From Bacilli bacterium (GTDB taxonomy: Bacteria > Bacillota_I > Bacilli_A > ML615J-28 > CAG-698), in NCBI GenBank assembly GCA_050953065.1, contig JBMNLZ010000002.1, positions 416,001 through 480,000 of the forward strand: DNA of 64,000 nt, given 5' to 3'. The position numbers and the translations under genes are program-made. Position 1 is the first letter of the stretch. Every line of letters starts with the position of its first letter. The notes below the pieces were generated by a model. It saw nothing but the letters and a program-made list of their open reading frames with translations. It ran no database searches and was not told where the DNA came from. Of the stretch, positions 30,454 through 40,056 are shown piece by piece.

Positions 30454-32493
30454 ATGAGAAAAATTAGTATTTTTAGTATTTTATTCGTTTTATTGGCTTT
30501 TGTGTGTGTTAATTTTGTAAAGGTTAACGCAGAAGGTTATTCTGGAGCAATGCTTCCAGGAGCTTCAATTAGAACTGCAGGAGAACAAGGGTTGAAGTTT
30601 TCAGCAACTTTTGATGCAGCCTATTTAAATGATGAAAGAGGATTTTTCGTTATTTATGGTGAGGCAACACAAGCTGATTTATTAGCAGTAATTAATCATG
30701 CAACACCTGTTATTAATGGAAAAGAAGTTAAAAAAGCTACGACTACATTTAGTAATACTTGTGCAACAATTTCAGTTGTTTTAACTGGTATTCCAGTAAA
30801 TGGTTATGCTCAAGCAATTACAGTTATTGGATATGCTCATAATGCGACTGATGGATATACATTAGTTGAAAGCCAAGTAACTAGAAGTATTGCTGAAGTT
30901 GCATTAAATGCTGCAAAAGCCGGTGATGGTGCAAGTGTTTCTACTGTATTAACAGATATTGGAGCAAACTTCTTTAAATATGGTTTTGATAAGTTTGGAA
31001 ATTATGTAGTTTCTAATCCATTATATGAATATGATCATGAGAATTTACGTGCTGAATTTATCGCTGACTGGAATAGTTTTACAGGGACAACATTTACTAC
31101 TCTTGTTGGCCTAGATTTCTTTACAAGTGCAAAAGAAGGTTTAACTGATGCAATTGGAAGTAATAAGAATTTAGCACCAAGCAACATTTATAAATTCTTT
31201 AATAATCCTGCAATGAATGCTAAATGGGGTTGGTTCTTAGATTATATTACTAGTGTAGATGGTACAACACACCCTTCTCGTCAAATTGTTGCGATAAAGG
31301 GAGATGGTACTAATGGTACATACACTTTATATCACGCTGATCAATTATCATATTCAATCGTTAACTTCTTTAACTTTTCATATGTTGTAGGTGGATATAC
31401 TGCAATTAACTTCCCTGCAGCTCCAGAAAAATATAATACAGTTTCTAATTATAACAATAAAATATATGCTGATTATGCAAGTTATGATGGGTATATATAT
31501 AAGAACAAAACAATTACTGTTCCAGCAGGTCCACTAAAAGAACATTATACTTTCCAATATTTTAATGATGGAGAAGCAAATGTAAATGCTGGAGCAACAT
31601 ATACAGTAACTAAAGCTGTTAGATTAACTCCTCAATATACAGCAAATCCATACACACTTAGATATTATGATGGATCAACTCTTATTGAATCATTAAATGA
31701 TACATATACAGTTGAACAAGCAAAGACTCTACCAACAACATATTCAAAAGATGGTTATATATTTGAAGGATGGTATGATAATCCAGAGCTTAATGGTAGT
31801 GCAATTGTATCATTCCCTGCTGGAACATCAGGAAATAAAACTTATTATGCAAAAATGACTTTAGGAAGTCCGTTTACTATAACGTTTAATTTGAATGGTG
31901 GACATTGGGGTTATGCAACTAGACAAGATATGGTAGATGATTTCCTTGAAGACTATAGAGTTTTCTATAATACTGCTACAAGTTCAAGTTTAACTGCAAT
32001 TACTTTACTTGTTAGTGGTGACCCTGGATATGATGCTGGCACAGCATTAGTAGCTAGACTTGATAATCCAAGTGCTGATCTAGTAGATATTTTTACTGAT
32101 GATACATTCTACAATAAATGGATTTGGATAATTCAATATACAAGAGGTATACGTACTTCAGGTCAAGCTGATTTTGATGCATTAATTAATAAAACTGCAA
32201 CTTCAAGTAGTTCAACAGTAAAATATGAATTATGGGCTTTCTTAGCTGGAAGAGTTAGAACTAGCTGGCCAGCAAGCAGTGATTATACAATACCTGCTAA
32301 CGCAAATGGATTCTGGGCAGCTCATTTCCAACAAACAAGCATTACTTATAATACACCACAAAGCTCATTACCTCCTTTATATAAAGATAATAATATATTT
32401 GATGGATGGTATACAGATGCAACTTGTATGAGTCCAGTAGTTTACCCAATTTCAGCAAATGCTACTTTACATGCTGGTTTTACTCCTAACTAA
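30454..32493 (+). CDS. Secreted/surface protein with an N-terminal GASIR..GLKF domain and InlB B-type repeats
   Basis: Sec signal MRKISIF...VNA; KDGYIFEGWY and IFDGWY repeats; start is 30451 or 30454 rather than 30421. Confidence 0.82.
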   Translation: MRKISIFSILFVLLAFVCVNFVKVNAEGYSGAMLPGASIRTAGEQGLKFSATFDAAYLNDERGFFVIYGEATQADLLAVINHATPVINGKEVKKATTTFSNTCATISVVLTGIPVNGYAQAITVIGYAHNATDGYTLVESQVTRSIAEVALNAAKAGDGASVSTVLTDIGANFFKYGFDKFGNYVVSNPLYEYDHENLRAEFIADWNSFTGTTFTTLVGLDFFTSAKEGLTDAIGSNKNLAPSNIYKFFNNPAMNAKWGWFLDYITSVDGTTHPSRQIVAIKGDGTNGTYTLYHADQLSYSIVNFFNFSYVVGGYTAINFPAAPEKYNTVSNYNNKIYADYASYDGYIYKNKTITVPAGPLKEHYTFQYFNDGEANVNAGATYTVTKAVRLTPQYTANPYTLRYYDGSTLIESLNDTYTVEQAKTLPTTYSKDGYIFEGWYDNPELNGSAIVSFPAGTSGNKTYYAKMTLGSPFTITFNLNGGHWGYATRQDMVDDFLEDYRVFYNTATSSSLTAITLLVSGDPGYDAGTALVARLDNPSADLVDIFTDDTFYNKWIWIIQYTRGIRTSGQADFDALINKTATSSSSTVKYELWAFLAGRVRTSWPASSDYTIPANANGFWAAHFQQTSITYNTPQSSLPPLYKDNNIFDGWYTDATCMSPVVYPISANATLHAGFTPN

Positions 32494-32511
32494 GAGTAAT
32501 AAAACTTTTTT

Positions 32512-32545
32512 GGCTATTCTCAGATTTTGAGAGTAGCCTTTTTTT
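32512..32545 (+). terminator. Intrinsic terminator
   Basis: GGCTATTCTCA-N5-TGAGAGTAGCC followed by T7. Confidence 0.85.
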
Positions 32546-32607
32546 GAAAATTGAAATTACTTTTAGTTTATAATAAAGTATGATAAAATATGATATGGAG
32601 AAAAAAT

Positions 32608-33306
32608 ATGTATTATAAAATTGCTGGATTAACTGTCCAAATGAAGCCTAAATATAAACCTTTAATAGAACAAATTAATCCTTATTTATATGATGGTAAA
32701 ATAGAAAAAATAGATTGTATTATTCCAGATGGAGAAGATGTAATACACCACTATCAAAAAAAGCATCCTAAATTGTCCGTTGGAGATGCTGAATATATCT
32801 TATATGGAGCTTACTTTTATGATGTATTATTAGGTCATCAAGGAATTTTATTACATGCATCTTGTATAGTTTATGAAAATTATGCATATTTATTTTCAGC
32901 ACCTTCTGGTACTGGAAAATCAACTCATACAAAACTTTGGACTGAAGTTTTTCCTGAATCATTTATATTAAATGATGATAAACCAGCAATTAGATATGAA
33001 GAAGATACTTTCTTTGCTTATGGGACACCTTTTTCTGGTAAAAATGATTTAAGTAAAAATGAAAGATATCCAATTGCAGGAATTGCTTTCTTAAAAAGAG
33101 GAGAAAAAAACAAAATAAAAAAAATGAATGCGCGTGATGCAATCATTAATTTTTTAAGTCAAACAATGCGACCAACTAATGAAAAGCGCCTTGATCAAGT
33201 AACTGAGATTCTAAATTTAATAATTAAAAAAATTCCAATTTATGAACTAGAATGTAATATAGAAAAGCAAGCGCCTTATGTATCATATAGTGCTATGAAA
33301 AGGTGA
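32608..33306 (+). CDS. HPr-kinase-related P-loop kinase (PadeK/ScmC-like peptide kinase family)
   Basis: LLHASCI, P-loop APSGTGKSTH, LNDDKP, YGTPFSGK; start after GGAG. Confidence 0.82.
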   Translation: MYYKIAGLTVQMKPKYKPLIEQINPYLYDGKIEKIDCIIPDGEDVIHHYQKKHPKLSVGDAEYILYGAYFYDVLLGHQGILLHASCIVYENYAYLFSAPSGTGKSTHTKLWTEVFPESFILNDDKPAIRYEEDTFFAYGTPFSGKNDLSKNERYPIAGIAFLKRGEKNKIKKMNARDAIINFLSQTMRPTNEKRLDQVTEILNLIIKKIPIYELECNIEKQAPYVSYSAMKR

Positions 33307-33309
33307 ATT

Positions 33310-34470
33310 ATGAATAAAGATGTTATTAGAATTTTGTATTATATTATAAATAAAAAAGAAACACTTGAGGCTATAACTTCATATAAAGAAGTAGTTGATC
33401 TTTTTAAAGCGCATAGTTTAGAACCTTTTTTATGGCATGCTTTAAAACAAGGTTTAATTACAAGTGATGAAAAAGAAAAAGAAGAAATAAACTTAATTCG
33501 TCAAACCGCAATCTTTAGAGCTACAATTCAAGAAGAAGAATTTAAACTTATAAAAGAAGAATTTAAAAAAGAAAAAATTTTATTTTTGCCTTTGAAAGGC
33601 TTTATTATAAGGGATGCCTATCCTTCACTTGAAATGCGCAGTATGGCTGATATTGATATTTTAGTTCAACCTAAAGACTTAAAGCAAATAAAACCTATTA
33701 TGAAATCACTAAATTATGATATAATAAAACTAGGTGGAAATCATGATGTTTACATGAAAAAACCTTGTATGAATGTAGAGTTGCATCGTGATATGATAGA
33801 TGAGTCAATTAAACTTTCAAAATATTATAAAGATATTTGGAAAAAAGTTATTAAAATTGAAGATACAAGTGAATACAGTCTATCAAAAGAAGACCATTAC
33901 TTATATATTATAGCTCATAGTGCTAAGCATTATGAAAGTGGAGGAATGGGAATTAGATTTGTTTTAGATATTTACTTTTATTTAAAGAAACATAAAAATT
34001 TAAATAAAGAGTATATTAAAAAAGAATTAGAAAAACTAACTCTAAGAGATTATGAAGAAAGGATTACTAGACTTGCTAGTAATTGGTTTGATAAATTAGT
34101 CTTTGAAGAAGATGATGAAGTGATGGCTAAATATATTTATGAAAGTGGAATCTATGGAAGAATTGACAATAAAGTCCAAGCAGCACTTGCAAAAGATGAT
34201 GGTAAAGGTTCTATTGCTGCTAAAAAAAGAAGATATTTCTTTAAACAAGCATTTCCATCATTTAAAGAAATGAAAAGGAAATATCCTTCACTTAAAATTT
34301 GGTTTATCTTTTTACCATTTTATTATTTACATAGAATTTTAAAAGCTATCTTTAAAGGACATGCCTTAGAAGAAGTTAGGCAATTAAAAAGAGTTGATGA
34401 ATCTCAAATAAAAAAACATAAAGAAATGAAAGAAAAAACTTTGGAGGAAAAAAATGAGAAAATTTTTTAA
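33310..34470 (+). CDS. Nucleotidyltransferase family protein (NTP_transf_5-like)
   Basis: LPLKG, YP...[19 protein letters not shown]...[11 protein letters not shown]. Confidence 0.85.
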   Translation: MNKDVIRILYYIINKKETLEAITSYKEVVDLFKAHSLEPFLWHALKQGLITSDEKEKEEINLIRQTAIFRATIQEEEFKLIKEEFKKEKILFLPLKGFIIRDAYPSLEMRSMADIDILVQPKDLKQIKPIMKSLNYDIIKLGGNHDVYMKKPCMNVELHRDMIDESIKLSKYYKDIWKKVIKIEDTSEYSLSKEDHYLYIIAHSAKHYESGGMGIRFVLDIYFYLKKHKNLNKEYIKKELEKLTLRDYEERITRLASNWFDKLVFEEDDEVMAKYIYESGIYGRIDNKVQAALAKDDGKGSIAAKKRRYFFKQAFPSFKEMKRKYPSLKIWFIFLPFYYLHRILKAIFKGHALEEVRQLKRVDESQIKKHKEMKEKTLEEKNEKIF

Positions 34471-35002
34471 AGATTTTAAGGCTTTTATTACTAAAGGTAA
34501 TATTTTAGACTTAGCTGTAGCGGTTGTAATTGGAGCTGCTTTTAATGCAATTATAAGCAGTTTGGTAAAAAACATTATAATGCCTTTAATTAGTTTGGTT
34601 ACTGGCGGGGTTAGTGTTAATGATTGGAAGTGGGTTATTACTGCGGCTGATGAGGCCAATGGTGTAGCTGAATCTGCAATTTATTATGGTCTTTTTATTC
34701 AATCTATTATTGATTTTTTAATTATTGCTTTTTCGATTTTTGTTGTCTTAAGAATAGTTATGAAAGCTAAAGGTGGATTATCAATAGTTAAATCAAAACT
34801 TTCAAGAGAAGAAAAGAAAGAAATGAAAGCTTTAGGATTAAATCATAAAAATCCTAAAGATTTAGAAAAATTTGAAGAAATTCAAAAAGAAAAAGCTTTG
34901 AAGGAAGAAGAAGAAAGATTAGCTAAAGAAGAATTAGAAAGAATAAATAATCCTAGCGAAATAGATTTACTTAAAGAGATTAGAGATTTGCTTAAAAAAT
35001 AG
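34454..35002 (+). CDS. mscL: Large-conductance mechanosensitive channel
   Basis: [48 protein letters not shown]. Confidence 0.93.
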   Translation: MRKFFKDFKAFITKGNILDLAVAVVIGAAFNAIISSLVKNIIMPLISLVTGGVSVNDWKWVITAADEANGVAESAIYYGLFIQSIIDFLIIAFSIFVVLRIVMKAKGGLSIVKSKLSREEKKEMKALGLNHKNPKDLEKFEEIQKEKALKEEEERLAKEELERINNPSEIDLLKEIRDLLKK

Positions 35003-35010
35003 ACTTAAAT

Positions 35011-35047
35011 TGAGACTTAAAATTTGGTTTTAAGTCTCATATTTTTT
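35011..35047 (+). terminator. Intrinsic terminator
   Basis: TGAGACTTAAAA-N5-TTTTAAGTCTCA followed by a T tract. Confidence 0.75.
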
Positions 35048-35100
35048 AGTATTTTTTTAAAGTATTTTGTGGTATAATTCTTTATAAGTGGAGGAAACTA

Positions 35101-37257
35101 ATGAAAAAAGTTTTAAAATTGTTTTCTTTAATAATATGCTTTTTAGTCTTTGGCTTTTTATATCAAGAAAAGATATTTGTTAGTGCAGAAGAAGTTTCAA
35201 TGATTTTAGAATTTGATACTACAAAGTCAGCTGGTACTAAAGTTATTCTTCCGATAGGAACTGCGATGGGCCTTACTAATTGTACTATTAATTGGGGAGA
35301 TGAAACAGCACTTGAAAATATTACAGAACCAGGATTAATTAATCATGAGTATGTAAGTGAAGGGATATATCAAGTTGAAATTACTGGTACTTATGATAGT
35401 TTTGGATATGGAGATAGTATTCCTACTGATATAGATGCTTGTAGTAAACTTGTTAGAGTAGTTAGTTTTAGCAATTTAGATAATCTTAATTTATCAGGAG
35501 CATTTTACGGAGCAATTAATTTATTAGAAGTACCCAGTGTGCTTCCTAGTGGAGTTATAAATATTTCTAAAATGTTTTATGGTTGTACTAGTTTTAATCA
35601 AAATTTAAGTGGTTGGGATTTTTCTAATATCATAACAAGTGAAAATCTTACTGATGCATTTTATAACACTTCAATGAATGTTGATAATTATGATGCTTTA
35701 CTAAATAATTTAAATGAAACAGTTACACTTCCTAATAATGTAAGTTTTAATATGGGATTAAGTGTAAAATGTAGTTTAAGAGGAAAAACTGCCAAAGATG
35801 CTTTAACAACAAAATCTTGGACTATTATAGATGGTGGAGTTGTTTCAATTGATGTTTCTGTAAAAGATGCTACTAAAATATATGGAGAAAATGATCCAAA
35901 CTATACCATAGAATATAATGGCTTTATTATAGGACATGGTATAGAAGAAATAACAGGAGATGCTAGTTTTGAAAGAGAAGAAGGTGAAAATGTAGGAACT
36001 TATACAGTTTCAGTTAGTGGTCTTATTTCTACATTTTATGAGATTAATTATCAAACTGGTGTTCTTTCAATTACAAAAGCAAATTATGATATGGGTGAGG
36101 TTAATTGGGATTATATAGAACCCTTTACTTATGATGGAATAGAAAAGGAAGTAAAATTAATTAATTTACCAGCAGGAGTTAGTATTAAAAACTATACAAA
36201 CAATAAAAAGACTGAAGCTGGTAGTTATATTTCAAATGTTAGTTTTAATTATGATACAACTAATTATAACAAACCAGTTTTTGTTAATCTTGTTTGGACT
36301 ATTTTAAAAGCTGATTATGATATGAGTGAGGCTAATTGGGATTATATAGAACCTTTTATTTATGATGGAGAAGTAAAGAGTGTTGTTTTAGTAAATTTAC
36401 CAAATGGAGTTAATGTTTTAAATTATTATGGAAATGAAAAAACAAATCCAGGTAAATATACTGCAAGTGCTTTGTTAAGTTATGATGCTGTTAATTATAA
36501 TGCTCCTTTTATAGATACTTTAAATTGGAAAATACTTGCTCCGCAAACTGCTCCAAATAATGTTAAAGGAGTTCTTCAAACTTCTATTTTTCATAATGAT
36601 GCTAAAATAATTAATGTTAATAATTTTATGGAATTTAAAGAAGAAAATGCTTCTGAATGGATTAGTATTGATGCTAGTGAAGTAACTGGACTTTCATCAG
36701 GTGTTTATTTAGTTAGATTTAAAGAAAAAGAAGGCTTTATAGCAAGTCCTTATGTTAGAGTTAATTTAGTTAAATTGTTTTTTAGTATTAATGGTGAAGA
36801 AGATATAATCATTACAAATGTTGATAATGCAACATTAAATGTTAACCTAATAGAAGAAAAAGAGACATTATATAAAGATGTAAATAGTTTAGTTAAAACT
36901 AATTTTAAAAAAAATACTATTAAGACTTTATATGAAATTAATTTAACTAAAGAAGAAGTAGTTTATAATCCAGATAGCGTTGCAAATGTTAAACTTTTAA
37001 TTCCTTTAAAATTAAGAGAAGTAGAAAAAATAATACTTATTCATTATCAAACAGAAGAGGTATCAGAAATTTCTTTCACAAGAAATGGTGATTATCTAGA
37101 GTTTGCTGCCTCATCTTTTGGTTATTATGGAATAGTTACACCAAGTGAAGGGGGTAACTGGCTTATGATTATTGCAATTATTACATTGCTTGTAATAAGT
37201 TTTTTGTCAACTGCTTTTGGATATAAATATTATATTAAAACTTTTAGAAAAACATGA
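35101..37257 (+). CDS. Surface protein with a BspA/DUF285-like repeat region, MBG-like domains and a C-terminal TM anchor
   Basis: Signal peptide; INWGD, MFYGCTSFNQNLSGWD; KIYGENDP; duplicated KA.YDM...NWDYIEPF.YDG unit; C-terminal TM helix with basic tail. Confidence 0.8.
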   Translation: MKKVLKLFSLIICFLVFGFLYQEKIFVSAEEVSMILEFDTTKSAGTKVILPIGTAMGLTNCTINWGDETALENITEPGLINHEYVSEGIYQVEITGTYDSFGYGDSIPTDIDACSKLVRVVSFSNLDNLNLSGAFYGAINLLEVPSVLPSGVINISKMFYGCTSFNQNLSGWDFSNIITSENLTDAFYNTSMNVDNYDALLNNLNETVTLPNNVSFNMGLSVKCSLRGKTAKDALTTKSWTIIDGGVVSIDVSVKDATKIYGENDPNYTIEYNGFIIGHGIEEITGDASFEREEGENVGTYTVSVSGLISTFYEINYQTGVLSITKANYDMGEVNWDYIEPFTYDGIEKEVKLINLPAGVSIKNYTNNKKTEAGSYISNVSFNYDTTNYNKPVFVNLVWTILKADYDMSEANWDYIEPFIYDGEVKSVVLVNLPNGVNVLNYYGNEKTNPGKYTASALLSYDAVNYNAPFIDTLNWKILAPQTAPNNVKGVLQTSIFHNDAKIINVNNFMEFKEENASEWISIDASEVTGLSSGVYLVRFKEKEGFIASPYVRVNLVKLFFSINGEEDIIITNVDNATLNVNLIEEKETLYKDVNSLVKTNFKKNTIKTLYEINLTKEEVVYNPDSVANVKLLIPLKLREVEKIILIHYQTEEVSEISFTRNGDYLEFAASSFGYYGIVTPSEGGNWLMIIAIITLLVISFLSTAFGYKYYIKTFRKT
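36076..36535 (+). repeat. Intragenic duplication, 231-nt period
   Basis: aaagc..attatgatatg.gtgagg.taattgggattatatagaacc at 36076 and 36307. Confidence 0.8.
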
Positions 37258-37321
37258 AAAAATTAAAAGTTTTTTCTTTAAGTATTAAGTTGAAAATGTT
37301 ATAATAGAATTGGTGATAATA

Positions 37322-38818
37322 ATGAAAAGAATTATTAAATATTCTTTTGTTTTGATAGTTTTATTTTTTTTGGTTGGCTGTCATAACAGCAATGTAACTA
37401 AAGAATATACAATAAAGTTTTACGTAGATGGTCTTTTAGCTGAAACTCAATTTGTTCATGCAGGAGGAGATGCAATCAGTTCGCTTGAACCACCAAGAAA
37501 AGATGGCTATACTTTTGTTGGTTGGGATAAAGAGTTAGTAAATATTCATAGTAATTTAGAAGTTAATGCAGTTTTTGAGGAAATCGTTTATAGATATAAT
37601 GTTAGGTTTTATGATGGTGAGCTTGCTTTAGATCATCAAGTGGTAATTAAAAATCAAGGAGCTGTGGCACCACATCCACCGAAAAGAGTTGGTTATAATT
37701 TTATAGGTTGGGATAAAAACTTTGATAATGTAGTTGCTGATATGGATGTTTATTCTACATATAGTCTAATTACTTATACAATAAATTATTTTGAAGGTGA
37801 AAACAAATTAACTTTAATACCTAATTCTTATACAATTGAGGATGTGGTAATGTTACCTACTCCTATTAAAGATGATTATATTTTTGATGGATGGTATGAG
37901 GATTTAAGTTTTGAAAAAAGAGTTTCGTCTCTTTTACCAGGAACAATAGGTAATAAAAATTTATATGCAAAGTTTGATGAAAAAGAAATAGAAGAAACAA
38001 CATCTTATACTGTTAGTTTTCTAGATTATAATGATAATCTAATAGAGACTCAAACTGTAATTAAAGGCAAGAATGCAATTCTACCAAGTGCTCCAATAAG
38101 AAATGGATATTTGTTTTATGGCTTTGATAAATCGCATTTAAATATTCAAGAGGATACAACGTTTAAAGCAACTTATATTGCAGGAGAAAATGTCTTTGCT
38201 GGAAAGAAAGTTGCGATTATGGGAGATGACCTTTCAACTTATAGTGGTTCTATGTTAGAAAACGATTCATATCTTTATCCTTATAAAGCATCAAATGTTA
38301 CTGATGTAAATCATATGTGGTGGATGCAGTTAATTAATAAATTAGGGATGGAAATTCTAATTAATAATTCATATAGTGGTTCAACTGTTAAAACAATATC
38401 AGATACTTTGGCTGCAGGTGAGGCAGATTTAAGGATTGCAAACTGCCAAATAGAAGATAGTGTTCCTGATTATATTTTTATTTTTATGGGATTAAATGAT
38501 TGTCGTTCAAATGTAAATGCTCATGATTTTAACACTGCTTATACTAATATGATTGATAAGTTAAAAACAGCATATCCAAGTGCAAAAATCATCTTATGTT
38601 CTTTAATAACAGGTCCTTTTACAACAGGATATGGTGATATTGCAGGATATAATACTACGATTAGATCGCTTGCTTTATTAAATGGATTTAGCTTGCTTGA
38701 TTTTGAAAATGCCATCAATGTTAATAATTATGATACTTATATTTGTGATGACCTTTATCTTAATCATGCAGGTATGAATGCATTATATAATCAAGCATTA
38801 ATAGATTTAATAAAATAA
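37322..38818 (+). CDS. Third InlB-repeat/SGNH-fold lipoprotein, with catalytic residues substituted
   Basis: Lipobox LVGC; four B-type repeats; GDDLST and DDLYLN in place of GDSITT and DSAHPN. Confidence 0.85.
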   Translation: MKRIIKYSFVLIVLFFLVGCHNSNVTKEYTIKFYVDGLLAETQFVHAGGDAISSLEPPRKDGYTFVGWDKELVNIHSNLEVNAVFEEIVYRYNVRFYDGELALDHQVVIKNQGAVAPHPPKRVGYNFIGWDKNFDNVVADMDVYSTYSLITYTINYFEGENKLTLIPNSYTIEDVVMLPTPIKDDYIFDGWYEDLSFEKRVSSLLPGTIGNKNLYAKFDEKEIEETTSYTVSFLDYNDNLIETQTVIKGKNAILPSAPIRNGYLFYGFDKSHLNIQEDTTFKATYIAGENVFAGKKVAIMGDDLSTYSGSMLENDSYLYPYKASNVTDVNHMWWMQLINKLGMEILINNSYSGSTVKTISDTLAAGEADLRIANCQIEDSVPDYIFIFMGLNDCRSNVNAHDFNTAYTNMIDKLKTAYPSAKIILCSLITGPFTTGYGDIAGYNTTIRSLALLNGFSLLDFENAINVNNYDTYICDDLYLNHAGMNALYNQALIDLIK

Positions 38819-38833
38819 AAAAAGGAGAAAAAA

Positions 38834-39496
38834 ATGAAAGATTACAAAAAAATTGCTAGGGAAAAAATGGCGAAACAAAACCATATGCATGCTTTAGTTT
38901 ACTTTGTGTATGCAGTTATATCTGGAGTTGCAACAACTGCTACATATGGTGTTGGTTCATTAATTGTTGCAGGTCCACTAGAAGCTGGATTTAGCAAGTA
39001 TTTAGTTGAGGTGTCAGAAGGACAAACAGGAAAACTTGAAACTTTATTTAAAGGGTTTAATGAATTTATTAGATATTTTGTTGTTGGTCTTTTAAAAACG
39101 ATTTTTATTATATTATGGTCAATACTATTCTGGATTCCTGGAATTATTAAAGCGTTAGCTTATTCAATGGCTTATTTTATTATGATTGATGATCCTAAGA
39201 TTGAAGGTAATGCTGCTATTACAAAAAGTAGAGAAATCATGAATGGAAATAAAGGAAAATTATTTGGTATTTATTTATCATTCTTCCCACAAATTTTATT
39301 AGGAATTATTACTTTTGGTATTTATTTCTACTGGTTAATTCCAACAATGTTACTTGCAAAATATGAATTTTATTTAGATATAACTGGTAAAAATGCAGAA
39401 GTTGTAGAAGCTGAAATAGTTTCTGAAGAACCAAAATCTGCTTCAAAAGCAGAAGAAACAGAAAAAGAAACTGAAGAAGAGGCTAATGAAGAGTAA
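38834..39496 (+). CDS. DUF975 family membrane protein
   Basis: LWSILFWIPGIIKALAYSM, SREIMNGNK; acidic tail. Confidence 0.85.
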   Translation: MKDYKKIAREKMAKQNHMHALVYFVYAVISGVATTATYGVGSLIVAGPLEAGFSKYLVEVSEGQTGKLETLFKGFNEFIRYFVVGLLKTIFIILWSILFWIPGIIKALAYSMAYFIMIDDPKIEGNAAITKSREIMNGNKGKLFGIYLSFFPQILLGIITFGIYFYWLIPTMLLAKYEFYLDITGKNAEVVEAEIVSEEPKSASKAEETEKETEEEANEE

Positions 39497-39515
39497 AAAA
39501 AGAAGTATTTCTTGA

Positions 39516-39542
39516 AAAACCCCTAGATTCTAGGGGTTTTTT
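39516..39542 (+). terminator. Intrinsic terminator
   Basis: AAAACCCCTAG-ATT-CTAGGGGTTTT followed by Ts. Confidence 0.85.
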
Positions 39543-39652
39543 GATAAAAAAAGTAAAAAAAGCCTATGCAAACGCTTTTAAAAATGGTATAATATAAGTA
39601 TAAGGAAATATTCTTTGTTTGTATTTTCTTAAATTTTCGAAAGGAGAGAAGT

Positions 39653-39949
39653 ATGGCAGAAAAGAAAGTGTTACCTGTAGCTGATGACAAAGTTATCGCA
39701 GAATACATCCAAAAGCAAATGAGTGAATTTAAGGCAGGCGATATCCTTAAAATTCTTAAGTTAGAAAAGGAGGCACACATCCATTTCTTAAAGAAAGGTC
39801 AAAAGGTTTCAATGAATAGACATATTACATTAGAACCTGTTAAAAAACCTGCTAGAAAATGGAAGAGTCCTATTGATGGGAAAACGTATGATATTGCAGC
39901 TTCTGTAACAACAAAAGCTAAATTATCAAGCTCATTGAAAAAACTTTAA
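39653..39949 (+). CDS. Divergent HU/IHF-family DNA-binding protein
   Basis: 98 aa, basic; GQKV..., PARKWKSPIDGKTYDIAAS, K.SSSLK match the HU arm and C-terminal helix pattern. Confidence 0.7.
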   Translation: MAEKKVLPVADDKVIAEYIQKQMSEFKAGDILKILKLEKEAHIHFLKKGQKVSMNRHITLEPVKKPARKWKSPIDGKTYDIAASVTTKAKLSSSLKKL

Positions 39950-39969
39950 AAATAGTATTAAGAAGGGGG

Positions 39970-39997
39970 AAGGCGATATTTTAAAATATCGCCTTTT
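39970..39997 (+). terminator. Intrinsic terminator
   Basis: AAGGCGATATTT..AAATATCGCCTT followed by Ts. Confidence 0.8.
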
Positions 39998-40056
39998 ATA
40001 ACTTTTTAATATTTATTAATTGTGATATAATTGATTTGTATTTAAGGAGTAGATGT

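Noticed and set aside
29057-34470. Canonical lasso peptide gene cluster
   Set aside because: No Asn-synthetase-like cyclase or transglutaminase-like B2 protease in the window; only the leader motif and tailoring-type enzymes match
18643-38818. Integrative element inserted at tRNA-Ser
   Set aside because: No integrase, transposase or duplicated tRNA 3' end was seen, and mscL lies inside the region
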